The notes: generated from the letters alone by a model not told the origin. A stretch of DNA of 64,000 bases from Dehalococcoidia bacterium (GCA_030740155.1 JASLXV010000067.1:70144-134143); one strand, 5' to 3'; numbered from the stretch's first letter, positions 44,036 to 54,136 are shown. Translations and numbers: made by a program.

Positions 44036-44725
44036 ATGACATCCGTGCCCCGAAGGGCAGTGGCCACTCGTGGCTCCGGGAACCCGTTCCTGACCATGCT
44101 GAAGCGGCTGATAGTCAGCGCCTTTATCGCCACACCGTTTTTCGTCGGCGGCGCATACGGTTTCGCCGTTGGCGACTTCCCGCTGTGGGCCTCCTTCGTG
44201 AAAGTCCTGGTGGGCGCAGCCCTGATGATCGTCGGCCTTTACATGAGCCTTACGGGCATAGTTCCCTCGCCGCCCCTGATCCCCGGTGAGGAGCAACTGA
44301 TTACGTGCCATCCGGCGATGAAACCGGCCTACGCCAGAATCTTCCTCAGCATCCCATTCTTCTTGGGCGCTCTTTATCTGTCGGGGTTTACCGAACTCCC
44401 CTACGTCTACCCCTTTGTCTTGTTCCTGGTCGGGATGTATAGCTTCTTCAAAGGCGCCATGCGGTACCTTCGCAACCTGCACATCACCTACACCGTGACC
44501 GACCGCAGGGTGGTCCACATGTACCGCTTCCTTTGGCTCAACACCAAGGAGATTCCGGTCGGCCGTATCATCTCGATTTCCGAGGCGCGGAGCTTCTTCG
44601 AGATTCTCACCCACCGAGGCAGCGTGGTGGTGGCCAGCGGCATCGGCGAACGGCAAGTCATTCGCATCGAGGATATCAACGACCCCGGAACCGTGGCCGA
44701 GACTGTCAGGGCGCTTCTGCCGTAA
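44036..44725 (+). CDS. Membrane protein with bacterial PH (bPH_2) domain
   Basis: About 4 TM, then YTVTDRRVV...IPVGRI...GSVVVASG...IEDINDP. Confidence 0.85.
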   Translation: MTSVPRRAVATRGSGNPFLTMLKRLIVSAFIATPFFVGGAYGFAVGDFPLWASFVKVLVGAALMIVGLYMSLTGIVPSPPLIPGEEQLITCHPAMKPAYARIFLSIPFFLGALYLSGFTELPYVYPFVLFLVGMYSFFKGAMRYLRNLHITYTVTDRRVVHMYRFLWLNTKEIPVGRIISISEARSFFEILTHRGSVVVASGIGERQVIRIEDINDPGTVAETVRALLP

Positions 44726-44881
44726 TCGTGCTGGGGAGCGAGGTGCCGCTGCGACACCGGGTCTAATGATCCGGCGTTTCGCATCCCAGCGCCTGATCCG
44801 TGCCTGACGGGCGAAAAACCGGGCGTAAAGACGGGTTAGGCAGTTAGTCTTGCCGGGCTTTGGCCTTGGGGGTTGAGGGGG

Positions 44882-45718
44882 CTACTCCAGTATCACGTTG
44901 TCGATCAGCCGGGGTATGCCCAACTGCACCGCCACCGATACCATAGCCCGGCAGTTCACCGTGTCCAGCTCCTCCAGCGAATCGGCGCCGGCCACGCTCA
45001 CATAGTCGATGCGCTCAATGAGGGGCTCGCTTTCCAGGATGCTCCTTACTTCCAGCCGCAGCCGTTCCGCGTCCCGCACCCCTTGTTTCCACAACTGATC
45101 GGCGCAATCCAGCGCCCGGTGGATGACCGGGGCCGCTTTTCGCTGCTCGGGAGTCAAGTACACGTTGCGGCTGCTGAGGGCCAGGCCGTCCGCCTCGCGC
45201 ACCGTGGGGGCGACCACGATTTCCAGTCCCAGAGACAGGTCGCGGGTCAATTGGCGTATCACCACCGACTGCTGGCCGTCTTTCTGGCCGAAGTAGGCAC
45301 GGTCGGGCCGGACCACGTTGAACAGCTTGGTTACGACGGTGGCGACGCCCCGGAAGTGGCCGGGGCGATGCGCCCCTTCTAGCTTGTCGGCCAGGCCGCC
45401 GACATCGACCCAGGTATCGAACCCCGGCGGGTACATCTCCTCCACGCCGGGCATGAAAACCAGGTCGGTGTCTTCCCGGCGGAGCAGGTCCAGGTCGCGG
45501 TCCAGGTCCCTTGGGTAGCTTGACAGGTCTTCCTGGGCCCCGAATTGGGCGGGATTCACGAAGATGCTGACCGCCAGAGTGCTGTTTTCCCGGCGCGCCC
45601 GCTTCACCAGGGCCAGGTGTCCTTCATGAAGCGCGCCCATCGTCGGGACCAGGCCCAGGGGCCGGGGAGATTCCCGGCAGGCCCGGGCCATTTCGTCGCC
45701 GGTCTCTAGCAGGCGCAT
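44882..45718 (-). CDS. panC: Pantoate--beta-alanine ligase
   Basis: VPTMGALHEGH, FVNPAQF, RPGHFRGV, FGQKD, GLALSSRN, RLIDN. Confidence 0.98.
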   Translation of the reverse strand: MRLLETGDEMARACRESPRPLGLVPTMGALHEGHLALVKRARRENSTLAVSIFVNPAQFGAQEDLSSYPRDLDRDLDLLRREDTDLVFMPGVEEMYPPGFDTWVDVGGLADKLEGAHRPGHFRGVATVVTKLFNVVRPDRAYFGQKDGQQSVVIRQLTRDLSLGLEIVVAPTVREADGLALSSRNVYLTPEQRKAAPVIHRALDCADQLWKQGVRDAERLRLEVRSILESEPLIERIDYVSVAGADSLEELDTVNCRAMVSVAVQLGIPRLIDNVILE

Positions 45719-45745
45719 TTCGCCGCCCGCGCCCTCACGCCTGGA

Positions 45746-46594
45746 TCATTGGACAACGGTCAGCTCATCCAGGACCGCTTCATCCATGGTGAAGCTATGC
45801 TCCTCGGCAGGGAAGGTGCCGTCTTTTACTTCCTGGACGTATTGGGTAAATGCCTCACGAATCGTGTCCCCCAGGTGGGCGAACTGCTTGGTGTGCTTGG
45901 GCACGAAGTCGGTGAACAACCCCAGCATGTCGTGGAGCACCTGTACCTGGCCGTCACAGCCGACGCCGGCGCCGATCCCAATGGTAGGAATGGTCAGCCG
46001 TTGCGATATGAAGCGCGCCAGCGAGGCCGGGACCAGCTCCAGCACGACGGCGTAGGCTCCGGCCTGCTCCACGGCCTGGGCGTCTCTGAGCAGCTGTACC
46101 GCCTCCCGGCGATTGCGGCCCTGTACCCGGTAACCCCCGAAGCCGTGTACCGATTGGGGGGTGAGGCCGATATGCCCCATCACCGGTATTCCGGCATCCA
46201 CGACGCGGCGGATCGTCTCGGCCACCTTTTCGCCGCCCTCCAGCTTGATGGAGTGGGCGCCGCCCTCCTGCACCAGCCTGGCGGCGTTGGTCAGGGCCTG
46301 AGATGTGTCTATCTGATAGGACATGAAGGGCAGGTCGCCCAGAATCAAGGAACGTTTGACGCCCCGGGCCACGGCCTTGGTATGGTGCACCATGTCGTCC
46401 ATGGTCACCGGAATCGTGGAATCGTGGCCCAGCATCACCATGCCCAGGCTGTCACCCACTAGCAGAATGGGGATTCCGGCCTCATCGGCCAGCCTGGCGC
46501 TGGTGTAATCGTAGGCCGTGACCATGGGTATCTTCTCGCCCTTGGCCTTCATTTCCGCGATGTGCCGGATAGTTACGCGCCGCATTGTGTTCAC
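45746..46594 (-). CDS. panB: 3-methyl-2-oxobutanoate hydroxymethyltransferase
   Basis: [25 protein letters not shown]. Confidence 0.98.
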   Translation of the reverse strand: MNTMRRVTIRHIAEMKAKGEKIPMVTAYDYTSARLADEAGIPILLVGDSLGMVMLGHDSTIPVTMDDMVHHTKAVARGVKRSLILGDLPFMSYQIDTSQALTNAARLVQEGGAHSIKLEGGEKVAETIRRVVDAGIPVMGHIGLTPQSVHGFGGYRVQGRNRREAVQLLRDAQAVEQAGAYAVVLELVPASLARFISQRLTIPTIGIGAGVGCDGQVQVLHDMLGLFTDFVPKHTKQFAHLGDTIREAFTQYVQEVKDGTFPAEEHSFTMDEAVLDELTVVQ

Positions 46595-46655
46595 CTCCCG
46601 TCGATCATCAGGCTTCTGGGGGCAGTCTCGCCCGGCTCCTGGGTTGAAGCGCCGC

Positions 46656-47546
46656 TCATTCGGCGCCGGAGTAGTGATCGATCAGCTCCTGCATCGCAAG
46701 TAGCTGTCCGGGGCCCACGCCGCGTTGCGCCACCAGAGGCAGCGAAGCGCGAATCAGAGCACCGTAGAGGGGCACCACGTGAGGCAGCCTCTGGTAAAGG
46801 GCCTCGAGGTGGCCGCGAATGGTGGAGACATCGCAGCGGACCGTGGGACCGGTGAGGCTGGCGGCCACCCCCTGGCGCGCCACGTTCTCCACGATTCCTT
46901 TGGTGAGGGGATACAGAGACTCGATGGCCTGCTCCGCGGAGAAGCCCATGGCCTGCCAGATGTCGACGGCGGCTTGCATCACGGCCGCCAGCAGAGGGCA
47001 GGCCAGGACCGCGGCCGCGTGGTAGAGGGGACGGTCGGCATCGGAGATCGAAACGTGGCGCCCGCCCAACTCCGAGGCCATCTCTTGCAGAAAGCCGGCC
47101 AGCGAGCCCTCCCCGGATACCGCGAAGGTGACGCCGGATAATCTGGCGGCGGCTTCCTCCGGCTCGTTGAGTCCGGCGAAGGTCTGGAGGGGGTGCAAGG
47201 CTCCGGTGAGCGAGCCTTGCCGGGACGCGGGCCCCAGGACCTCGGTTGACGCCACCCCAGAGCAGTGGACCACCCACTGGCCGGGTCGCCACGTGACATC
47301 GGTAGCCACCTGGCCGATGCTCGAGTCAGGGGTGGTGATGAAGACCAGGCCGGCCGCGTCCGACAGTTCCTGCGCCGTGTCGAATACTCGACAGCCGGGG
47401 AGCCTGCCAGCCAGCCACTCGGCGGAGCTTTTGCTCCGGCTGTGGGCCGCGGCCACCCGGTAGCCGCGGGAGGCCAGCGCCAGGGCCAGTCCCTTGCCCA
47501 GGATACCCACGCCGATGAACCCGATGGCCGGGTTGCGCTCATCCAT
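46656..47546 (-). CDS. Rossmann-like/DUF2520 protein (PanG-type ketopantoate reductase)
   Basis: [29 protein letters not shown]; located in pan operon. Confidence 0.88.
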   Translation of the reverse strand: MDERNPAIGFIGVGILGKGLALALASRGYRVAAAHSRSKSSAEWLAGRLPGCRVFDTAQELSDAAGLVFITTPDSSIGQVATDVTWRPGQWVVHCSGVASTEVLGPASRQGSLTGALHPLQTFAGLNEPEEAAARLSGVTFAVSGEGSLAGFLQEMASELGGRHVSISDADRPLYHAAAVLACPLLAAVMQAAVDIWQAMGFSAEQAIESLYPLTKGIVENVARQGVAASLTGPTVRCDVSTIRGHLEALYQRLPHVVPLYGALIRASLPLVAQRGVGPGQLLAMQELIDHYSGAE

Positions 47547-48510
47547 GGGTCACCTCCGACACCGAGGGGACCCCGCCCAGCCCAGTTGCCGTCTCGAGGG
47601 CGCGCAGCACCGCCCGAGCCGTTACTTCGACGACCGCCGCTCCCAGCACGGTGAGGTCCACCGGGGAAGGGAACCGGCCTGTGGCCAGCGCGAACATGGT
47701 ATCGCCGTCCCGGATGGTGTGGCAGGGGCGGATGGTGAGGGCCAGGCCGTCGTGGCTGAGCGAGGCCAGATAGTTGGCCTCTTCCCGGGTCACCGGGGCG
47801 TCGGTCGCCACCACGCCGATCGTGGTGTTGGTCAAGGGTGGGGCCTCGCGGCCGGTTCTTTCTTGCAACACCAGGGCCATGGTGTCGTCGAATCCGCCGT
47901 TCCGGTTGCGAGGTCCCGCGATCACGCGGCCCGACCGGTGGTCGGAGACGCCGCCGTAGGCGTTGACCGCCACCGCCGCCGCCACCACCGCGCCGCCGGG
48001 CAGCTTCAAGCTGGCGGAACCGATCCCGGATTTGACGGCATCGGCCAGGCCTCGGGCCTTGGCAACAGTCGCGCCGGTGCCGGCGCCGACGCTGCCTTCC
48101 TCCATGGGGCCGCTCCCGGCGGCCAGGCAAGCGGCGCGCCCCTCGGCCAATCCGGGACGGACCTCGGACGTTATCAGGCCCAGGTCGAACAGAATGGCTG
48201 AAGACACGATGGGGATGATGGTGGGGCCGACTTTGACCCCGATGCCCTGCTCGGCCAGATAGCCGGCCACTCCGGAGGCGGCGTCCAACCCGAAGGCGCT
48301 GCCGCCGCTGAGAACCAGGCCGTGCACGCTGTCGATCCGGTGCATCGGCCGCAGCAGGTCCGTCTCCCGGGTGCCCGGTGAGCCGCCCCGCACGTCGACG
48401 CCGCCCACGGCGCCTTCGCGGCAGATGATCACGGTGCAGCCCGTGGCGTTGACGAGGTCGGTGTAGTGCCCAGCTTCCAGCCCGGCGACGGCGGTTATCG
48501 TCGGGTTCAA
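47539..48510 (-). CDS. P1/S58 (DmpA/OAT) family hydrolase, ThnT-like
   Basis: RGGSPGTRETDLL, LSGGSAFGL, GAGTGA, NTTIGVVATDA, DGDTMF. Confidence 0.9.
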   Translation of the reverse strand: MNPTITAVAGLEAGHYTDLVNATGCTVIICREGAVGGVDVRGGSPGTRETDLLRPMHRIDSVHGLVLSGGSAFGLDAASGVAGYLAEQGIGVKVGPTIIPIVSSAILFDLGLITSEVRPGLAEGRAACLAAGSGPMEEGSVGAGTGATVAKARGLADAVKSGIGSASLKLPGGAVVAAAVAVNAYGGVSDHRSGRVIAGPRNRNGGFDDTMALVLQERTGREAPPLTNTTIGVVATDAPVTREEANYLASLSHDGLALTIRPCHTIRDGDTMFALATGRFPSPVDLTVLGAAVVEVTARAVLRALETATGLGGVPSVSEVTHG

Positions 48511-48551
48511 CCGGCCCTCCGCGAGACTCCTGGGAGGTGCGGGCCGCGGGC

Positions 48552-48578
48552 AAAAGAAAAGCCCCGACGCAACGGGGC
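48552..48578 (-). terminator. Intrinsic terminator/attenuator in the pan operon leader
   Basis: GCCCCG-TTGCGT-CGGGGC-TTTTCTTTT. Confidence 0.8.
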
Positions 48579-48605
48579 GTAGCTAATTGACCTTAGTTTG
48601 TTGCC

Positions 48606-48638
48606 GGCCGTCTCGGTCCACATTAGATCCCAGCGGCC
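48606..48638 (-). ncRNA. pan motif cis-regulatory RNA
   Basis: GGCCGCTGGGATCTAATGTGGACCGAGACGGCC hairpin with two bulged A's upstream of pan genes. Confidence 0.75.
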
Positions 48639-48912
48639 CACCCGATCGTCAATCAGGGAGGGGTCCATGAAGGCTCATCCCCACTCAGGGTGGATGGCAC
48701 CCCCATTGTATGCACCCCGGATAGGCGTGTCAAGCTAGGTACTACTGTCAAGCTTGACATAAACAATACCCATATTCGAAGGACGGGCCGCTTGGATAAA
48801 CACTTCTCGGCAAATCGTGGGACCGAGTTTGACCATTGTCACCGTGAGCCTGGCGGAGCCGGCGGCGGGAAACCTGTGCTGAAAGGGAATCTCGGCGTAA
48901 CAATGAAATTGC

Positions 48913-49068
48913 TCCGAAAGTGTCATGCTGAGCCAGCCGCAGCGGCGAAGTATCTGGGGAGGTGGCGGAGAAGCCCCACCCCAGATACTTCGTCCTTCCC
49001 GCGAAGGACTCGGGATGACAGGGCGGTGCCCATTTTCGTGGGCCGCGGTGCCCCGACTGAACCGAGGA
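48913..49068. repeat. ~155-bp MITE-like element; inverted near-copy at 60311-60467
   Basis: TGTCATGCTGAGCCAGCC...CGTCCTTCCCGCGAAGGACTCGGGATGACAGGGC.GTGCCCAT.TTCGTGGGCCG.GGTGCC. Confidence 0.9.
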
Positions 49069-49101
49069 GTGACAATTTGCCGGTTTAAGTTGACTGGGCA
49101 G

Positions 49102-50403
49102 CTAGCTGGCCGGGCCGGCCGGCTTCCGGGATAAGGGGACCAAAATCACAATGAGGGCTGCCACCGCCGTTAGCGCGCCGGAATAGTAGTAAACAGACCC
49201 GTATCCCCCAAAGTGGTCTATGATGACCGTGGCGATGAAGGGAGTGACGCCACCGAGTGCCCCGTTGATGCCGAAGATCAAGCCCGTCACCGTGGCCTCC
49301 GTCCCCTTTCCAGTCACGTCCAGGACGGCGGCCAAGAGGATCTGGTGCAGGGCGAAGCTGAAGAGGCCCAGACCCGCCAGGACCACCGGCAGCAGGAAGG
49401 TGTCCCCGGCGCCGACCACCAGGAACGCCAGGATCGCGGCGCAGGCCGTGCCGGGCGCCAGGACCTGTTTTCGCCCGAACTTGTCGGACAGTACCCCCAG
49501 CACCGGCGCCGAAACTATCCCCATTCCGGTGAGCAGGGCGAAATGCACCCCGGCGTTGAAGTGTCCCATTCCCAATTCTTCTTCCAGGTAGAAAGGGGTC
49601 CAGTTGAACAACGCGTTGAGGCCCACGCCCCGGAACGCGGCTGCCAGCACGAGCCATAGAATAACGGGGTTTCTGAGCAATTCCTTGCTCTGGTGGAACT
49701 GTGCGCCCAGCCCCTTCCCTTGAGACCCGCCACCGCCTTTGCCGAGGTCTTTCAGGGACCACCAGGTGAAGACTGCCACCAGTAGGGCCGGGGTGGTGTA
49801 AACGAAGAGCACGTTTCGCCAAAAGAACAGCTCCAAAAGCCCGCCGGCCAGCAGCGGGCCCAGAACGTTGCCCGCGTTCGCCCCCAGCCCGTGCATGGAT
49901 ATGGCGAAGCCCCTGCGGTCCGGGAACCGTTGGGACAGGGCTGCCGTGGCAGGCAAATGCCAGAGCGCCCCCGGCACTGTGGTCAGGATCACGGCTACGA
50001 TCAACAGGGGATAGCTGTATGCCGCTCCCAACGCCGCGAAGGCGATGGCGGACCAGAGCATGCAGCAGGTCAAGATCAAGCCCCACTGGCTCCGCAGCAT
50101 GTCCACGAAGATTCCGCCACCCAGGTTTACCACGCCGAACCCGGCCTGGCGGATACCTAGAAGGCTGGCCACCTGCAGGTTGCTGAGCCCCATCGTGGAG
50201 GTAATTGTCGGCGTGAAGACCGGGAAACCGTGGTCGTAAAGGTGCTGAACGGCGTGGCCGAATGTCAGGCTGCTCAGCACGAATCCTCGAGTCTGCTTCA
50301 CCTCTGCCGGGGCAGGTATAGCCTCTTCCACCAACGTTGCCTCCTCGCGCACCTGGCTGATTCTATGCTGAAGACGCGGGCCCCGCAAGCCGCCCTCCGG
50401 CAT
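49102..50403 (-). CDS. MFS transporter (Fsr-like); start uncertain
   Basis: HAVQHLY, WHLPA...RRGFAISMHG, GVLSDKFGRK. Confidence 0.9.
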   Translation of the reverse strand: MPEGGLRGPRLQHRISQVREEATLVEEAIPAPAEVKQTRGFVLSSLTFGHAVQHLYDHGFPVFTPTITSTMGLSNLQVASLLGIRQAGFGVVNLGGGIFVDMLRSQWGLILTCCMLWSAIAFAALGAAYSYPLLIVAVILTTVPGALWHLPATAALSQRFPDRRGFAISMHGLGANAGNVLGPLLAGGLLELFFWRNVLFVYTTPALLVAVFTWWSLKDLGKGGGGSQGKGLGAQFHQSKELLRNPVILWLVLAAAFRGVGLNALFNWTPFYLEEELGMGHFNAGVHFALLTGMGIVSAPVLGVLSDKFGRKQVLAPGTACAAILAFLVVGAGDTFLLPVVLAGLGLFSFALHQILLAAVLDVTGKGTEATVTGLIFGINGALGGVTPFIATVIIDHFGGYGSVYYYSGALTAVAALIVILVPLSRKPAGPAS

Positions 50404-50596
50404 TTCACGCCACGCGGACCGTCAAGGGCGGCCCAGATCGTGGAGACGGAGCCGGGGTCCGGAGCCGGACCGAGTCCGTTACGCCCGTGGCGGCGGTATG
50501 GTATGCTACCGCGGGACGCCGTCCCGGGCTCTCCGGCCACCCCTCTCCCAAGACCCAGCGGGTGGCCACATCGCCAAGCGAAGGAGGCAAGCGGAA

Positions 50597-50983
50597 ATGT
50601 TTCGCATCAACCACATCCACCTCAAGGCCCCCAACCCCAAAGCAACGGCCCAATGGTACGTGGACAAGTTCGGCGCCAATATCTTTGGTGAGGGGAAGGG
50701 CCTGGGAGACTCCCAGACGGTGAGGATGGATATAGACGGCACTCACGTCTACGTCACCAGCGCCCCGGCTGGAGAGACGCTGCCCGATGGCACCTCCGAG
50801 TCTCATTACGGGTTGGAGCATTTCGGTTTCGATACCGACGACATCGAAGGCGCGATGGCCCGGCTCCAGGCCCAAGGGGTCAAGGTGTTGCTGCCCATTA
50901 CTCCGGGTGCTTCCGGCAACAAGATCTCCTACATCGAAGGGCCGGACAACGTTCGTATAGAGTTGGTGCAGCCCAGCCCCTAG
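50597..50983 (+). CDS. VOC/glyoxalase family protein
   Basis: NHIHL, LEHFGF.TDD, GPDNVRIEL; AAGGAGG RBS. Confidence 0.9.
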   Translation: MFRINHIHLKAPNPKATAQWYVDKFGANIFGEGKGLGDSQTVRMDIDGTHVYVTSAPAGETLPDGTSESHYGLEHFGFDTDDIEGAMARLQAQGVKVLLPITPGASGNKISYIEGPDNVRIELVQPSP

Positions 50984-51203
50984 CAGCTAGGCGTCAGAGA
51001 GCCCCGGCTGGTGTAGACGAAGAAGCCGGGGCATGAAGCCAATTCCCGGGGGCGTCGCCGACGGCTTGCGCCCGCTGGACCACCATGTTGGTCAACTCCG
51101 GTGCCATCTCAGGGTTAACCTGCGCCCGGCCACCTCGTGCCTGAGCCTGGTTGGCCCGGAGTTGCTTTAGTGAGTCACCATTCGAAAAGGGGGACCGTCG
51201 CAT

Positions 51204-51980
51204 ATGGGTTACGCTGGACTTAGTTTGGAAGGGCGGGTCGCCCTGGTAACCGGCTCGGCGCATGGTATCGGCAGCGCCTTGGCCGTCGGGCTGGCCGAAG
51301 CCGGGGCGGAGGTCGCGGTCTCCGACATACCGGACCGGCTGGCCGAAGCCAAGACCGTGGCGGAGCAAATCGAAGGGTTGGGCCGCCGTAGCGGCGCCTA
51401 CCCCCTGGACGTGCTGGACCTGGCCGGGGTGCGGACCGCCATCCAGCAGGTTGTGAACGACTTCGGCCGGCTGGACGTGCTGGTCAACAACGCCGGCATC
51501 CGCATCCACAAGCCGGCGCTGGAGGTGACGGAGGAAGAGTGGGACGCCGTCATCGACATCAACCTGAAAGGTGTCTTCTTCTGCGCTCAGGCGGCCGCCC
51601 GTTTCATGATCGACCAGGGTGGCGGCCGCATCGTCAACATCGCCTCCCAGCTTGCCATCGTCGCCAGGGAAGACCGGGTTGCCTACTGCGCCAGCAAAGC
51701 TGGGGTGGCGAACATGACCCGGGCCCTGGCCCTGGAGTGGATGAAGTACGGCATCACGGTCAACGCCATCGGCCCGGGGCCTACCAACACACCCGGATCG
51801 CGGGCCGCCAACCCCCTCGCGTCCCAGGAAGACCGGGAGGGTCTGGGCCCCCAATCACCCCTGGGCCGGCGCATGGACCCGAAGGAACTGGTGGGAGCAA
51901 CGGTCTATCTGGCCAGCCCGTCGGCGAGTTCCACCACGGGCCATCTGCTGATTGTAGACGGTGGCTGGACCGCGCTTTAG
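51204..51980 (+). CDS. SDR family oxidoreductase
   Basis: TGSAHGIG, NNAG, YCASK. Confidence 0.93.
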   Translation: MGYAGLSLEGRVALVTGSAHGIGSALAVGLAEAGAEVAVSDIPDRLAEAKTVAEQIEGLGRRSGAYPLDVLDLAGVRTAIQQVVNDFGRLDVLVNNAGIRIHKPALEVTEEEWDAVIDINLKGVFFCAQAAARFMIDQGGGRIVNIASQLAIVAREDRVAYCASKAGVANMTRALALEWMKYGITVNAIGPGPTNTPGSRAANPLASQEDREGLGPQSPLGRRMDPKELVGATVYLASPSASSTTGHLLIVDGGWTAL

Positions 51981-51983
51981 TTT

Positions 51984-52055
51984 AGCGATCAGCTCTCAGC
52001 CGTTGGCTATCCGCGACCGGTTGCCAACCCGAGTCGCTGCTGAAAGCTGATCGCT
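51984..52055. repeat. Intergenic hairpin of GCTGATAGCT-type units
   Basis: AGCGATCAGCTCTCAGC ... GCTGAAAGCTGATCGCT. Confidence 0.6.
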
Positions 52056-52068
52056 GATAGCTTTAACC

Positions 52069-52998
52069 ATGGAGGCTCCCGTGAAGTTCGGCATCATGCT
52101 GCCCCATTACCGGCAAGTAGCGTCCGCCGACGCCATTGCCCGCGTGGCCAAGGAGGCGGAACGCCTGGGCTATGACACCATCTGGGTCTGCGATCACATC
52201 GTCATCCCCAATGAAGAAGTGAACCGCTTTGGCGCGGAGTTCTACGACCCCTTCTCCGTGCTGGCCTACGTATCGGCCTGTACCAGCGAGGTCGGCCTGG
52301 GCTCCAGCGTGTTCATTCTGCCCTACCGCAACCCGATTCAGGTTGCGAAGACCCTGTCAACGATCGACACCCTGTCCCACGGCAGGCTCATCGTCGGCGT
52401 AGGGGTGGGCGCCCTCACGGCCGAGTTCGTGAACATCAACGCGCCCTATGAGGATCGAGGTGACTATAGCGACGAGGCCCTTCGCATCTTCCAGGAGCTG
52501 TGGACCAACGCCGATCCCCAGTTCCAGGGAAAGTACTACCGGTTCTCCGGCATCCAGTTCTACCCCAAGCCGGTGCAACGGCCCAGGCCGCCCATGTGGA
52601 TTGGCGGGAACACCCGCCGGGCCCTGCGGCGGGTGGTGGAGTTCGGCGACGTGTGGCACCCCACCAGGGCCAGCCCCGAGATGCTGAACGAAATGATGCC
52701 CCGCCTGCGGATGCTGGCGGAACGGGCGGGCCGGGACCCCGGGAAGATTGGGATCGCCGTGCGGCAGCCCATGAAGATCGTTTCGGACCCGTCCCAGTCC
52801 CTCGATTCGTGGCTGCTGGTAGGCACCACGGAACAGGTCATCGACGGTGTCGGAAAGTTTGCCGAGGCGGGAGTAGGCCACTTCGTCCTGGACACGTTCT
52901 ACAGCATACCGGAGCTGTGGGGCGAGAACGTGGAGACCATGCTGGAGACCATGGAGCGCTTCGCCACCACGGTGATGCCCCACTTCGCCGAGGGCTAG
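52069..52998 (+). CDS. LLM class (probably F420-dependent) oxidoreductase
   Basis: GYDTIWVCDHIVIP, LPYRNP, GRLIVGVGVG, PKPVQRP.PPMWIGG. Confidence 0.92.
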   Translation: MEAPVKFGIMLPHYRQVASADAIARVAKEAERLGYDTIWVCDHIVIPNEEVNRFGAEFYDPFSVLAYVSACTSEVGLGSSVFILPYRNPIQVAKTLSTIDTLSHGRLIVGVGVGALTAEFVNINAPYEDRGDYSDEALRIFQELWTNADPQFQGKYYRFSGIQFYPKPVQRPRPPMWIGGNTRRALRRVVEFGDVWHPTRASPEMLNEMMPRLRMLAERAGRDPGKIGIAVRQPMKIVSDPSQSLDSWLLVGTTEQVIDGVGKFAEAGVGHFVLDTFYSIPELWGENVETMLETMERFATTVMPHFAEG

Positions 52999-53045
52999 CC
53001 GCCGGCCGTAGGGTGAGCGCGACGGGCCCAACTCAGGAGGCTGGA

Positions 53046-53861
53046 ATGGGTAAGTTCGACGGCAAGGTGGCCGTGATAACCGGCGCCGGCCGCATGCGGG
53101 GCATCGGCCACGGCGCGGCCCTTGCCTTTGCCAGGGAGGGGGCCCACGTGACCATAACCGGCACCGGGCGGGACCCCCGGAGCTTCCCCCCCGATGAGCA
53201 GGCCGCCGGCTGGAAGGACATCGAAAGCGTGGCTCAGGAGATCCGGGACCTGGGCCACGGCGCCCTGCCCCTCGTGGCCGACGTCACCAATGCCGGCCAG
53301 GTTCAGGCCATGGTCGACCGCACCTTGGCCGAGTTCGGGCGCATCGACTTCCTGGTCAACAACGCGAGCGCACCCCGTCTGGGGGCCTCGGCGCCCCTTG
53401 TGGATCTGTCTGTGGAGGCCTGGCGGAAGGAAATCGACGTCAAGGTCACCGGAACCTTCCTGTGCACCCAGGCGGTGGCTCAGGTCTTGATACGCCAGGG
53501 CCATGGTGGCAGCATAGTGAACCTGGGTTCCATTGTGACCAGGATCGGTAAGGCCAACGATGTGGCCTATGCCACCGCCTGCGGCGCGATAGACACCTTC
53601 ACCCAGAGGGCCGGCAAGGCCCTGGCTCCCCACGGAATAAGAGTCAACGCGGTGAATCCTGGGACCACCGACACCGCCCGCAACGACTCCCAGTATGGGT
53701 ATCCCAGGACCCAGGCGTGGACGGACCGCATGGAAACCGTCCCCCTGGGCCGGGTCGCCCGGCCGGAAGAGGTCGGAGATTTCGTTGCTTGGCTCTGCGG
53801 CAAAGAGGCCGAGTTCATTGTGGGTCAGTGCATCTACATTGACGGGGGCCTGACTGCCTGA
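53046..53861 (+). CDS. SDR family protein with atypical active site (YxxxC)
   Basis: TGAGRMRGIG, NNAS, YATAC; AGGAGG RBS. Confidence 0.88.
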   Translation: MGKFDGKVAVITGAGRMRGIGHGAALAFAREGAHVTITGTGRDPRSFPPDEQAAGWKDIESVAQEIRDLGHGALPLVADVTNAGQVQAMVDRTLAEFGRIDFLVNNASAPRLGASAPLVDLSVEAWRKEIDVKVTGTFLCTQAVAQVLIRQGHGGSIVNLGSIVTRIGKANDVAYATACGAIDTFTQRAGKALAPHGIRVNAVNPGTTDTARNDSQYGYPRTQAWTDRMETVPLGRVARPEEVGDFVAWLCGKEAEFIVGQCIYIDGGLTA

Positions 53862-54136
53862 AGGGATCAGACCGTGGTTTGCTGCCGTGCCAAGCCGGGC
53901 GCCGGTCGGGTGTCTCGCACCTGGTTTGATAGCCGGTCCGTCAGTCCGGCCTTCGCCGGACTGACGAGTGAGGGGACAAGATGACGCTCTCGCCTAGGTA
54001 GGGCTACTTACAAGCCAGCGTGCCGGAGTCGGGCCTTACCACCCCTCAGCTCTAGCCGGGATCTGCCGGGACCGGCCAGCTTCCGAGCGGCGCTCGACTA
54101 GGGGGAGGCAAAACCAGACTCGCCAAGGGGGATGAC

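Noticed and set aside
52500..53045. N-terminal extension of the 453-aa ORF
   Set aside because: Out-of-frame overlap with the LLM gene; the SDR starts at 53046 after AGGAGG.
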